A stretch of DNA of 64,000 nt from Blastocystis sp. Blastoise (Eukaryota; Protista; Bigyra: Opalinata): NCBI GenBank assembly GCA_039096225.1, contig JBBPEB010000024.1, positions 434,001 through 498,000 of the forward strand, written 5' to 3'. A model generated the notes under the pieces. It was given only the letters and a program-made list of their open reading frames with translations. It was not told where the DNA came from and made no database searches. Positions 47,996-61,852 of this stretch are shown in pieces. The number at the start of each line of letters is the position of its first letter. Position 1 is the first letter of the stretch. Both the position numbers and the translations under genes were made by a program.

Positions 47996-48904
47996 TAATA
48001 CATTACTATTACTTGGTATATTATTATTACTAAGATTACTAGTATTCTTTTTTACTTCATTTATATCTTCTTTCATCTGTTTATTATCATTAATAATTTT
48101 ATTAATATTATCATTTATATCTTTAAATTGATTCATATCTTGTTTAATTATAGATAAAGAATTCTTCTGATTATCATTTCCATCTTTAATATATTCAATA
48201 CTATTTTTTATTCGATTAATTTCATTATTTTGTTGTTGAATAACTTTCTTCAATTCATCATTATCATTCGAGAGTTTCTGAACTTCATTTATTATTTCAT
48301 TATTTTGTTGTTGAATAACTTTCTTCAATTCATCATTATCACTCAAAACTGTCTGAACTTTATTCATCATTTCATCATTTTTATTTCTTAACCGAATATT
48401 ATCTTTAGTTAACTGATCTAATTTTAATAGAACCTGAGACACATTACTAGTTAAAGAATCCATTTTATTGTCTATATTCATTGCCTCTTTTCGTGTATAC
48501 GTTATATCATCAATAGGACCATTAGAATCATCATTATCATCAGAAAAAGTATTCAATTTATTAATTAATTGATCAGGAATTTCAACTTGATAATACTCAA
48601 AGTCTTCTTTCAATTCTTCAAGTTCTTTCTTTGATTTTAAATCAAGGTAAATTGGTCTTCCATTCATATATTCAATAATCAAATCAAGATTTCGATCGTT
48701 CTTTCCTATATATACACCATTCTTAGTAGGAATAAATGAAGTTAGCCAGGATTGATAAAAGAAACTATCATTCCAAAGAATTTTAAGTCTTTCCACAGAA
48801 AGACTACAACGTAATTTATCGTTATCACCAAAGAAAACAACATAACCTTCATCAGTTAAAGAAGAATTAGCAACCAATCTCTCTTTCGTAAGATCACGAA
48901 CCAT
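46081..48904 (-). CDS. BTB + coiled-coil + Asn-rich linker + two tandem TLDc domains
   Basis: KCTD-like BTB 'VYIGKNDRNLDLIIEYMNG...ELKEDFEYYQV'. TLDc1 runs WKLLFR|ASEH...VDEYEVY; TLDc2 runs WKLLYR...IFGGYT...LIDFEVF. Four GT-AG introns join in frame. Confidence 0.85.
46426..46670. repeat. (TTATATAT)n 8-bp tandem repeat forming an intron
   Basis: More than 20 near-perfect TATATTTA units between the GT and AG of a minus-strand intron. Confidence 0.9.
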
Positions 48905-50328
48905 CTTTTAATTTATTTATTGATGCTAAAAAAATTTAAAAAGTGATTTTTGTGAAATTATAGAAAATAAGTGGAGTTTTTCATTTTTTTCTCGTTTTTA
49001 TTTTAGTTTTTTTCAGTTTTTTAATTTTTTTTATTATAACTATGATAATTTTTTAGATTGATATCAAATATGATATGACTTGATTATTATAAGTTTATAA
49101 AGGAAATCAATTTCCGAATTATCAACACAAATTGTGTTCTGGAAAACAATTATTCGAATATAAATCAATTTTTAATATATTTTTATTGATATAAGATACT
49201 ATTAAATTATTTCAAAAAGTCTATAAAGTGATTATCAATATTATTTATTAAATTTGTGATTTTTCTTTTACTTTAAAAAAGATATGTATTTGCTTTTAAA
49301 TAACACTAACAACACTGCGAATGAATTCCATAAAAAAAAGAAGAATGGATTAGGCTATAAAGAAAATATATATTTTCTTTTACCATAGAAAAAAGTTGAT
49401 GCTTTTTAGCTATATGGATTAATGAAACTATAAAAAATAGTGCTGTTTCATGTAAATACAAAAAATATTTTATCATCAAGAAATAACTCAATAATAGGTT
49501 ATAATATTAATTTATACAAAAGAATTATATTTCTTATATATATATAGCATTTAATTATCTTATTTTTTTTTATTATGTTAATAATAATATATCTCGTTAT
49601 TTTCATTTCAACACTAGTATTATGTAAAATACTATATAAATGGAAAAAGCAAAAATAAGCTATTTTAAAGAATTTTTGTTAGTATACATATATATAAATA
49701 AAAAAAAATAGAAATACATTAATTAATATTATTATTGATATATTTCCGTTATAATAAAACCAACAACAATAATATTTTTATTTATAAATTTTAAAAGTAT
49801 ATAGAAATTTTTATTGTTTTTCAAAGGTATATAGTGTATACAAAAAATGACTCAAGAAATATAATACATTTGAATAAATAATATATATATTATTATAGAA
49901 TCATTTTCAATATATTTTTCAGATTTCAATTTATGTTTCTTTTCTTTTTAACAAAAGAGTCATATTAAATACATATTTAATATCAAATAATAATGATTCA
50001 TTTAATAAAATTTCTAGAATAAATCAGCTATTACTTACCAATATATTTACACGATTATTATTGTATGTATAACTTGTGAATACATATATCCTTTAGAATA
50101 TTCCAGAATAATCGTGATTATTTTAAAAAGGGAAATTATTTCAACAGTGTTTTTATTATTTTTAAAACTAATTTTTCTTTATTTCGGATGATTTTTAAAA
50201 ATAATTATTAAAAAATAAAAGGATACGTATTAAATAGAAATAACATATTATAGCATATAAACAAAACATATATGCAAATTCTCATTAATATTCAATTACT
50301 AAATAAATTAATATTATATATATAGAAT

Positions 50329-52892
50329 TTATTTATTTAAGAATTGTTTATGCCATTGATAAATAGTTTGAAAAATAGAAATTTCAGAATCCGTTGAATT
50401 CCGTTGCATTTTATAAAGATACTCTGTAACAGAATCTTTTTCAATAATAATATCAATTATAGTATTTATATTTATGGTACTACTATTATAATTTGTGTCA
50501 TTTATCTATATATATATATATTTTAATTTATATATATATATATATACGAATTGTTTTGGTACTTTATTCTGTGATATTATACTGTCCATAAAAATAAACA
50601 TCATTATTCGTACTAAATCCCTTATAATTTCATTATTTTCCTTGGGAATCTCATATCGTATCCTTTCTAAAAGATCTAAACACTATATATATATAATAAT
50701 AATATATACTATAGATAGTATATATAAATCATATATAAAAGTATTTATATATATATACTTGTGTATATAAATGAAGATTATAGTATACATATGCATAAAG
50801 ATATAAACACGGGAAATATAAAGAATACGCTATAATATAATATATAATCATAATTATTATTTTGAATAGATTTACATTATGAAATACTATTATATATATT
50901 TACGAATCATTATATATATATATATATATATACATGAATGAATATGAAAATATTGAAAAGCGCAAAAAGTATACTGAATAATTTTCAGTGCTTGATGAAA
51001 ATATCTGAAATGAATTAAAACAATTGTATATATATAGCAAGCTTGTATATATAAAGATAAAGAAATAGAAATAGCGGGAAGTTCAGAAATTGACGGTAAA
51101 TATGAAAAAGATATTCGAAAATAATGCAAAGATTCATTATAATTTGTAAAAATACAATAGAGCTATATATAGAGAGAATAGAGAATATATATATAAAATA
51201 AAGAATATATAAAGAGTATTAAATCAATATAAAGAACAAGAGAATTATATATATATATATATACAATTCCTAGTCGAATAAACACGGGAATCAGAGATTT
51301 TAATAGAATTATATTTTTATTGTTATTTTTATATATAATATTATAATATTGTTTATATATATATAAACATAACGTTAATGATGTTAATGGAGATGAATAT
51401 ATATATATATCACCTATATATATATAGAGAGAGAGAAAGATATATATAGTTATATATTATATATATTCGAAGAAAAATATTTATATGCATAAACATATAA
51501 AACAAAAGAAATACTATAATTACAATATATATATATATATATTCATTCAAAAACAAAAATCATAATATATATATCACTAATACAAAGAAGAAGTGCAATT
51601 GTAGTTTCACGTGTAATTGAAATATGACTGAAATGAATATTCAGCCATGACTGAATTTGTCTGATTTGTAAAGATTGTATATTTTGCTGTGAATCTTGAA
51701 GATAAAAATAATACTCAAATAGTTGTGAAAGCGCGGGAGAAGATGGCGGTAAAGACCCAGCAACCGCCAAAAATGTAGATTCAAGATAATCGCGGGGAAT
51801 TCTTGAATGGTAAAAGAAGAAAAGAGAAGTATAAATATAAAATGATAAAGAGGGAAATAATAATATAGTTATATATATTGATTTATATGAAGCTGTAGAA
51901 CTATATATATTAAATTAAAGAATATATAAATATTAATTAAAGAATATATATATAAAATATTAATAAATCAAAAAAATATATATATACAGAGAGACTATAG
52001 TTTTTTGTATGTTTTTTATTAATGCGAAATGAATAGAGAAAAATGCACGTGAAATTATATCAGCCGTTAACAGAGGGATTGAGGGTATGCACGTGATAGT
52101 TGAGGGATCCGAAAAAAAGAATTGTTTATTATTATTATTATTAATATTATTATTAGGAACTGATATTTGAAGCCAGTTCCAAATATATATATAAAACGCA
52201 GGAGATAATCCGATGTGAATTGTGGCAGGATAAAGAGAGGGATATAAAATAAATAAAACTGGTAAGATTTCCTATATAAACATATAAAATAGAATATAAA
52301 AATATATAAATACATATATATATATATATACTAATTGCAAAACATCAAGAGGATCCCCCAGGATCACGTGCATATATGAATTACAAAGAGATACAATTCC
52401 ACTTAAACATGTGGCTTTATAAAATAATATATATCTTAATACATTATAATACATATACTTAAATAATTATCAATATCTTCTTTTGATTTTATATACTATA
52501 TATATAATAAATATATTCATAATATATATATACATTATTCTTATTTATATCACTATACATGTGATAAATATATGTTCGAATTTTATCCAATAAAATATTC
52601 TTAACGGCACGTGCGTAGAGATACATATATATCATATCACAGTTTTCATTGGATAAATAAGGAATAATATTCCCCAATTGACGTATCGATAAGCCTAAAA
52701 AAATAATAACATATAATAACATATAATAATTAAATACATAGAATAATATATAATAATACTATATAATATATAATAATGTATATATATATACCATGAGAAT
52801 GAATAAAAGTGGTTAACGTGAAAAAGGATGTATATATATAACTATAATTATTCATTATTAAAGCAATCTGTTTATATTCACTTTCAGTCTAA

Positions 52893-52946
<54 letters not shown>

Positions 52947-54374
52947 CAAAAGAATTTGTGTTTTGTTTTTCAGGTCGAAAATAGTGTGGAATAACGTTCT
53001 CAACATGATCGTTTTCCCGCGGGAGTAATTGAGATAATAGTGGAATTTCTTTATCTTCAAAAAGAATAGAATTTGAAATTGAAAAATTTGAAACATTACC
53101 CAAAATACACTAATATATAAACAACTAAATATATATATATATACTTTAAACGGAAAACCATATAGTTGTACATAACACACAAATGGAACACTATTCCAAT
53201 CATGTTCTCCATTTTGATTTAAATATTTCAAAAACGCATGATTTTCATTTTTATATTTTTTATTTAGTCTAAATATAGAATAAAAACATAGTTTATATAT
53301 ATATTAATAATATATATATACTATATAGAATAACTGAATAAATAATGTTATCTATACTCAATATATATACCTATAATTTGGATCTTCAATTATACAAGCA
53401 GAAGGTATTTTTGGAATCTAAATATAATCACGGGAAAACATATTAATATAAACATAAAATACAAAGTTTAATTTACATATATTATATATATATTATATAT
53501 TATATATATATATTATATATATATAATATATATACATTTGGAGGAATAATAGTCCATTGTTTATATATCCATTTATGATTATTTTCAATTTCCATAATAG
53601 AATCATCTAAAAACCCGCGGGAATCCGGAGGACATAGAAGATGATTGAAAAGAATGGGTGATAATTCACGTATTTCTTTGTGTATAAATTGATAAAATTC
53701 TTTTACATCATTTATTTCTGGTTCTCTATAAGTTGTATTAGAATATAATATTTCTGAAGAATCAGATAATAAAGAAGAATCTTTTGAAATTGATTGCCAT
53801 AGATTTTCGTGTATATCATCTTTTGTATATTCATTTTCAGCGCTATTGATGTGTTTTTCTTTATCTATATCATAATAAAAATAGACTAATCAAAATATTT
53901 ACCTGAATCCTTATTTTTGAGTACACTAGAGTCTTTAATTAATTCATGTGCAACTTTTTCAGCTTCATATTCTTCAGGAAATACTTTTTGAAATAAAATA
54001 TCATACAAATGTATCAATAACTAGCAGAAATTACATAATTGAAAGAAAGACTTACTTCTTGAGAGTGATGTGCAATCATATAATTATGCCGTAGTCTTGT
54101 TTTGATTGTAAAACATAAAATAGATACATTATTTGTCTCACTTGAGCAATTTGGATTTGTAATGAGAAGTATATCTTCATAATTTATTGACTAAAGAATT
54201 ATATAAATAGTTTAAATAACAAAATAATACTTTTGAATGACTTTTCCTCCTAGTATGATCATCAAATATGACCAAAGTCAGAATATTTTCGGAGAATACA
54301 ACGCTACAATCTCTCCATAACTCTTTACAATCCTCTTTTTTGTAAAGATATAACTGAAGGAAATCGTTTTTCAT
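50329..54374 (-). CDS. Multi-exon Clu/CLU-central-like protein with a possible N-terminal PH-like domain
   Basis: Spliced frame contains 'VPFVCYVQLYGF', 'FRPE', 'LTTFIHSHGLSIRQLGNI' and 'YARAVKNIL', resembling the clueless-family 'LH..G+N.R.LG...AR..K.+L' signature. Tiny 31-38 nt introns near the 5' end. The 3' exons were checked less fully. Confidence 0.6.
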
Positions 54375-55581
54375 TTAAAAAAAATGAGAGTTTTCAAAAA
54401 GAAATTCTTGGCTTATGTTACTATGATCATCTATAAAAATATTTCTAAAATTATAGCTGCTCACTATGTATAAATCTTAATTTATCTTCAAGTATAATAA
54501 TATAAAGTTTTGAAAGTTCTTCACATGTTGCCAATTATACTCACATATATTTGTTTTCTGATTCATAGAAAATGATATATATATATATTAAACAAAATAC
54601 ACTTTATAGAAAACAATTTTGAATATATATTTCTAATTTATCAATGAAATAAAAGAAAAATAACATTTCATTCACGTATTACTATATTTTTATTGATCCA
54701 ATATAAATATATGTATCACTATCATGCTGAAATCAATTAGATATATACGACTCATTATTTTCTCATACTAAATCTACAAAAAAGAAAGAAAAATCCATTC
54801 ACGTCTACAATATTCATTTAATATCAATTTAATCTTCATAATTACATGCTACAGATTCAAATTCAATGATGGTGATCAAAGTTCTACCTATCTAATAAGC
54901 AATTCCTATCAACAGTATTTCAAATTTTTGCTTTGATTAGCATGATTCAGTTTCCATAAGTATTCTACAAAGGTTTCACGTTCTCAATCCATGCAAATAA
55001 AATAATTCATGAAGATAAAAAAAGCAAATCAATAAAATAACTCTTCTAAATACATTTGAGTAATATACTTATCATTCACTGTTATTTAAAACGATGAAAT
55101 GTCTAGAATATAGACATATATTCATGACAATTACCAAATTTTAGAACATGATGACTTCAATAACTAGCAGAGGATCTTAGTTTCATAAAATAATAATTAA
55201 AACAACAGAAAAAAATAATTTTTAAAATATATAAAAAGATGAACTATTGGATTCTAAATAGCTAATTTGAGAATGAAAAAAAGCTAAATAGAGAAAGAAA
55301 TACTGAATTTCTAAAAATAATAATAATAATAATAAAAGAGAAACCGTTCTCCTTAAAAAAAAAAGAAATGTTCACCATTCGTTCAGTTGCAAATGGTATA
55401 TACTCTTTACAGGGTTCGCCACGAACTTCTATCTTGGGTACAAAAAAAAAATTTAAAATATGGTTGGGTAGGTTTATATTTCCGTGAATAATTACATTTT
55501 TATTTTAAAAAAAACCACGGTTTTTTAAGAAAAAAAAATATTCACAGAAAAATAATAATATTACATCCTCATAATAAAACC

Positions 55582-58500
55582 ATGGATATAACCTCATATT
55601 TTAATAAAATAGTAGTATATAACATCACTATATGCATGTTTCTTTATATAACTACTAATAATTATAGTCATCAATTGCCTCTGAAGAAAAAGAAATGATT
55701 AAAGAGACATGTATCTGCGTTAATAATCAACAGGATGATGATATTGAAGTTATTTCACCTAATAGTTCCTTAGAAATAGAAAGGGAAACTCAAAAACAAC
55801 AAATACTGCCATTAGCGTATAATTATATTTATAACTATAAGTATTTACAACCTATTATAGTTCTATTGAATGCTCTACTAGTGATTCAACTCATACTATA
55901 AACATGGATACTATTAGTAATATTGGTACTAGTATTATTTCTGATTCTAATCGTTTATCTTTACAGATTGTCAAGAATTGTGAAAAAGGGATGCTTGATG
56001 ATAATAGAAGTCATTTTCTTAGAAAGAAATGTGGCACAAGTTTCTTTGAATATAATGATAATATATTGGTTTATGGTTTTACTGAAAATTCTAAAAATAA
56101 TAATGGAATATGCTTAATTTGTGGGAAAACAATTCAGTATCAACACTCGTCACGATATTATAAGCATTTTATGAAACATATTATGAACGATGATCTCTCA
56201 AAAGTTGAAAAATATTCTTATGAATTCTTTAAAGAATTAAAAAATAATTTAGAAAATTCAAGATCCTTATTAATGAAAAATACAATAAGTAATGACCTTA
56301 TTATAAAATTTAGTTATGGTGTCAGTTTAGCAATTGCAAAGTCAGGGCTTCCCTATACTAGTGGAGAAAGATTGGTATTTCCAGTACTGAAACTATGGGA
56401 AGAATTATATAAAAGAAATATAAAACCACTTCTACTATCTTCAAATACAATAAAAAGAAGAATCAGTGATATTAGTAATGTACAAGAAATGAATATTATT
56501 AGTGAGTTAAATAGTAGCAATTACTTCGCATTGCAGCTTGATGAATCTACTGATACTGGACGTATATCACAATTAATTCTATTTGTCAGATATCTTTTTG
56601 TTGAAAAATTCAAAGAATCCTTTTTAACTGTTATTCAATTATCTGATAGTAAGTCTGGTTTTTCTTTATTTGAAAAAGTGTCTGATTATTTTAAAAAGAA
56701 TGGAATTGATTGGAAAAAGTGCACTAGTATCTGCTTTGATGGAGCGTCAGCTATGAATGGTGATCATCATAGTTTTAAAAATGAAGTACTTAAAGTTAAT
56801 CCAGAATGTATGTTTATTCATTGCTACCTCCATCGTGAAGAAATATGTGTATCTGTCCTTCCTTATTATATAAAACAGTACTTTATTAGTTGTACGGAAG
56901 TGATTAATCACATAAATCAGTCAACAATTAGAACTGAAAAAATGCTTTATATACAAAGAAGTTTATTAGAAGAAAATAAGAACGTTAATGGAAATGGTAA
57001 TAATTATGATGAGAAACACTCTTCCTTTGAAAATATATCAAATATGTCTGTTATAAGTGATAATGATGATGAACAGCTTGATTATTTTGATAATGATGAA
57101 AACGAAGTTGATCCTTTATTCTTAAATAATAATAATAAATATGACGATCTAAAAGATGAAAAAAAGAAATCAAATAGCAATGATAATATGAAGAATGCAA
57201 AGGCATATCGGTTACTACATTTCTGCTCTACAAGATGGCTCAGTAGATTTGAGTCTATAAAACGATTTAATATGCTTAAACCTGTAATTGAAACAATTCT
57301 TAGTGAAGAGAAAAATAAAGATCTATATGAAAAAATAGTCGATAAAAAGTTTACTGCAACGATGTTTTACCTTGAGGATATTACTGAACTCTTTTACAAC
57401 GTCAATAAGAAGATGCAAGGTGGTAATAGTATATTTCTAGAATATATTAAACTTATCAAAGAATTGTATATAAAGCTTTGTCACAAATATGAATTCATAT
57501 GTGACAACACTATGTCAGTATTCCCAAAGTTGAACAAATATTGTGTACAAAATAATGATTTAGATTTAGATTTTTTTCGTAAAGTAATAAGAGATCATCT
57601 TGATGCTTTACTAATAAATATAGAAAACTATTATCCTGAAGTAATGAATTTGCTTGAATTTGAAACGGCCTTAATGAATGATCCTTCAGTATTTATTGGT
57701 AAGCCATTAATTGATAAACAACTTTTACCTGGAATAATTGAAAGAAGAAAAGAAAGAAGAAAGTTGGAAAATTATTGTGTGAAAAGAAATGAAGATCAAT
57801 CATTACAGAAAAATGATTGTGTTCCCCCTTCTATTGAAAAGAATACTATTCCAATAATTCAAGAAAAATGTTATGGTTGTATTGTAAATGATAAAAATGT
57901 ATATAATATTACATGTATCCTTTGTACTTCAGATAACGCTATTATAACAGGTAAATTAATAAACCCCCAAATAGAGAGTTGTACTTATTTTGGAGATTTT
58001 AGTGGTACCTATTTCGTTAAAAAAGAACATGAGAATAATGGATCAGTTTTTGATGGTAAAATAAAGATTAGTTTCTGTAATTCTTATTTCTATGGGTGTA
58101 TTCTTGGTCATGTTTATTCACAAAGTATATAGCTATATTATATAATATATATCAAATTTGAATAAATAACATTTATTAGTACATTCATAATCTATTATAC
58201 ATGCTATCTTATTAATTAGTATTATATTTTCTATCTATTATTATATTTATTGTTAATTAGTATTATATTTTCTATTTATTATAATGCTTATTATTGCATT
58301 ATTATATATTATAATACATATCACATATAATATTTAATAATTAGCTTATTTTTTCTATCTATTATTATATTTATTATTAGGTTCATTTTATATTATAATA
58401 CATATTACATATAATCGTAAATAATGTTAAATATATCTATAGGTAATAATAATGAAAACAACAATAAAGATACATATAAAAAGACACAAAGAAAGATTCC

Positions 58501-58927
58501 TGTAAATAAACCCATAACAAACATGTATAATATCTCAAATATATGGGTATTGTATCCTTTTGAAATGAAATACGTTTCTACTGTAAAATACGATATTTTG
58601 CTATATGAAGAATTATTGGTATTGTCATGCAATAATGAAGCCAAGATGAGATATAATACACTTCCGATTGATCTTTTCTACTGTTCTTTGTGCCGTGAAT
58701 ATTCTCTTATCTTCTCTCGTGCAATGTCAATACTACTACCTTTTCCTACCTCTTATTTATGTGAAAGAGGCTTTAGTGAAATGACATATCTGAAATCAAA
58801 GTATAGAAATCAGTTATCCCTTGCTGCTCCTCTAAGAATCAAACTTACTAATACACAACCGTCATTAGACGATATGCTAGATTATTTTAACAATAACAAT
58901 AAGAAAAAGAAAAAATGTGATATTTGA
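55582..58927 (+). CDS. Buster/Charlie (ZBED5/SCAND3-like) hAT transposase with extra inserted segments, about 5 exons
   Basis: BED-like CLIC...HFMKH, 'LSSNTIKRRI', 'FALQLDESTD', 'ICFDGASAM', 'IHCYLHREE', 'TRWLSR', 'LLPFPTSYLCERGFS', 'KSKYRNQL'. GT-AG introns link ORFs 55695, 55904 and 58424. Confidence 0.9.
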
Positions 58928-60015
58928 TTATTATTCAAACATTATTATTAATAAACATCATTCTATAGTATTATATATATATATACAATTCAATTGTTTA
59001 TGATAGTACTATTGGAAATAATACATTATAATCATTAAATACTTATTATATTAAGGTTATTATAAATATAAAATACATATATTATATTGATAATTTGTTA
59101 TATATATATAACTATTAAAAATAATCAAATATTATATATATAGAATCACGAGAACGATAGTAATTTGATGCTTAGTTTTTGTCCTAGAATTTTGGTATGA
59201 TTTTCTAATTCTTCTTTTTATAATATCAAACTCTAATAATAATATATTTATTTAGTGTGCTTTTATTTCAAAAATTTGTATCTCCATTCTGTTGTGTTAG
59301 TTCCAAAATAAATACTTAACATATGCTTAAACAATAATTATAAATAATTTTTTTAGTTGTATTTATAAATATCAAATCCTTTATATATTAATTTCCTGAT
59401 TTGTTTTAGTATGTATTTTGTTATAGAGGATGTATATAGAAATGATCAATTATTATTTTCATAACTAACTACTCTCTATATATATTTGTATATGAATATC
59501 CATTAAAGAGTGTTGTAATTATATATTTCAATACGGAAATTCCTTTTTATATTCAATTCATTTTCTAGTACCATTTAGTATAATACGAAAGTATCGATGT
59601 TTACAAATAGTAAAACATATAAACATCCACCGAGATTATAATTTATTGAAATATACTTCCATATGGATATTCAGTTTTATTAAGATCATTGTATACGCGG
59701 AAGTGGATAATAGCAATTTAATCTTACTTACAATATAGTAAAACGACTCAACATTCTTTGAATGCATAATACTCAATGAATACGTTATTCATTGTACATA
59801 AAGCATAATCTATAATCTAGTATCTCTCAAAGCATAATCTATATTATAATAATGATTAAACTCGAAGAAGATTGATAATGTTAACATTTTGAAAATATAT
59901 ATTGGTCTGAATAGGCTTAAAGCAGAATATGAGTAAAGTATACCTATATAATAGTTTTAATAAGTATTAATAAAGTAGACAAAACAAGAATGTAAAAAAA
60001 AAAAAGAGAATATCA

Positions 60016-60082
60016 ACTCAAGTCAGGAATTGAACCTGATCACATTCAATATTGATTGTTGCTAACCAAAAATAGCTTGAGT
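60016..60082 (-). ncRNA. tRNA-like / pseudo-tRNA structure inside the hAT element
   Basis: Minus strand ACTCAAG...CTTGAGT forms a 7-bp acceptor-like stem. T-arm TCAGG-TTCAATT-CCTGA carries B-box GGTTCAATTCC. D-like stem GCTA/TAGC around TGG. The anticodon arm is non-canonical. Confidence 0.5.
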
Positions 60083-61852
60083 AGAGATAAATAATAAAAA
60101 GAAAATGAATTCAAACAAAATAGAATTAAGAAAAAGAGTATGCTACCATATACACTGTCAATTCGTCCTTCACAAGTAGTTGGCGCTAATATAGAGCAAT
60201 AGTGCAGAGTATGACATAATCATATAGAAAACAATCCAATTCATCTTAGATAACTGGATTCAAAGTGAAAATAACAGTGACCAGAATCATTCAATACACT
60301 AAGGTAACTTGAAAATACTAAATTCATAATATATTCAGTAAAGTAATAATTAATTAATTACCAAACCTGATGAAGAACAATCTTATCTAAACAAATATTC
60401 TCGATTAAAGCGACAAAAATACAAAAAATAAATAAATAATCACGAATAGTAGACTGTTTTATAAATTTATTGTTTTTTAAAGTCTTCAGAATGGTCTGTA
60501 TACATCTTCTGTATGCACAATACTCAGGTTGTCTGTTATCAGAAACTCATTTGTAGAATCAAATTATATAATCACAAATTTTACACAAGAATCATGTAGT
60601 TATTATCAAAATGTTTACTTCAATAGTCAAGAGAAAGCTGTAATATGATATTCGAGAAACTACAAAACAAATTTTAATTCAATTCTGAGAATAAGGTGTG
60701 TTTCTGTAATAATTGGTAAGTTACGACTACATACGTCACAATAGTCTGTCAGTTTTTGTTATATAACATATGCATATTAAGAGAAAAACAAATTGCTTCC
60801 AGAAGAGATTGTTAAAAACATTTTAATTGCATATATATATTTAAATGAGTTTACTAATTATAAATTGTCTTTAAAAAATATTTTATTGCAAATTATAATT
60901 TCTCTTTAAAAGAATTATAAGAAATTTTAGATTTTAAATATTTCTAAATACTTTCACGATATATTCTAATTATCATTTGTTTAAACTGTTATAACATGCT
61001 GCATTGTGCATATAATATTATTTTCTAGAGTAGTGCACATTTTGATGTTGATTCATTTTTTTTTTTTATCAATATACATTCTATCTAATATGTTTTTGGA
61101 TCACAAGAATAAATAATAAATCATTAATAGTGAAATTACTTGTTTAATATTAAAAGTATGGAGGGTATGCTGCATTATGTCTACACTTTTATTATCTTGG
61201 ATTTATTCGTCTATTGTTAGTAGCCCACACTTGTCTATTATCATCCTATTCATTTGTATGCGATAACTAACTTGTTTAGACAGAGTTCTATCATAATGAA
61301 ATTTGGGGTAGAAATAAAACATCCTGGGGTAGGCTGCCTACCCAGGGTAGCCTATGGCGAACCCTGACTCTTTATAGAAAGAAGGAATAATTTAAAAACA
61401 AAAAAATAACAACGGTTTTTTTGATTCAATTGCGTTTAATTTACTATTTATTCATGATTTTAAAAATCAAGAAAAATGAATGTCATTTGAGACAGGAATA
61501 TGATTGGATGAACCAAATAGCAGTTGTCAAGTATTGTCAATAAGAAAAACCAGAATCTATAGATTGGTGAAAAAATAAAATTACCATTATTTATATAAGA
61601 ATATTCATGATTTACGAAGTTTTTCAATTCATAAAAAACCAATTGTTTTTTGTGTTTAATTATTCACTTATGACGCATCCTAGCTCATGTGTCCACTATC
61701 AAAAATGTATTGACTATTCAATTTAGAATTTAATTTGTTTTAGCCTTGTTTCCTTCGGTAAATATAATGATTTTAATAATAAATTTGAACTATAAATCCT
61801 ATGTAGCAAACAATCAATTAATTTTTATCGATAAATTCCTCTTATATTACAA

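Larger units (their letters stand above)
55410..61366. mobile_element. hAT DNA transposon of Buster/Charlie type, 5,957 bp
   Basis: Perfect 12-bp TIR CAGGGTTCGCCA (55410-21) / TGGCGAACCCTG (61355-66). 8-bp TSD ACTCTTTA at 55402-09 and 61367-74. Subterminal GGGTA motifs. Confidence 0.95.

Noticed and set aside
50800-53625. Recurrent C(A/G)CGGGA motif in the Clu-like gene
   Set aside because: Most occurrences are coding (Ser/Pro-Arg codon pairs); there is no spacing pattern or other support for a regulatory role.
54450-55200. Possible small minus-strand gene with tiny introns upstream of the Clu-like gene
   Set aside because: Some GT-AG segments of about 25-30 nt are visible, but I could not assemble an open frame.
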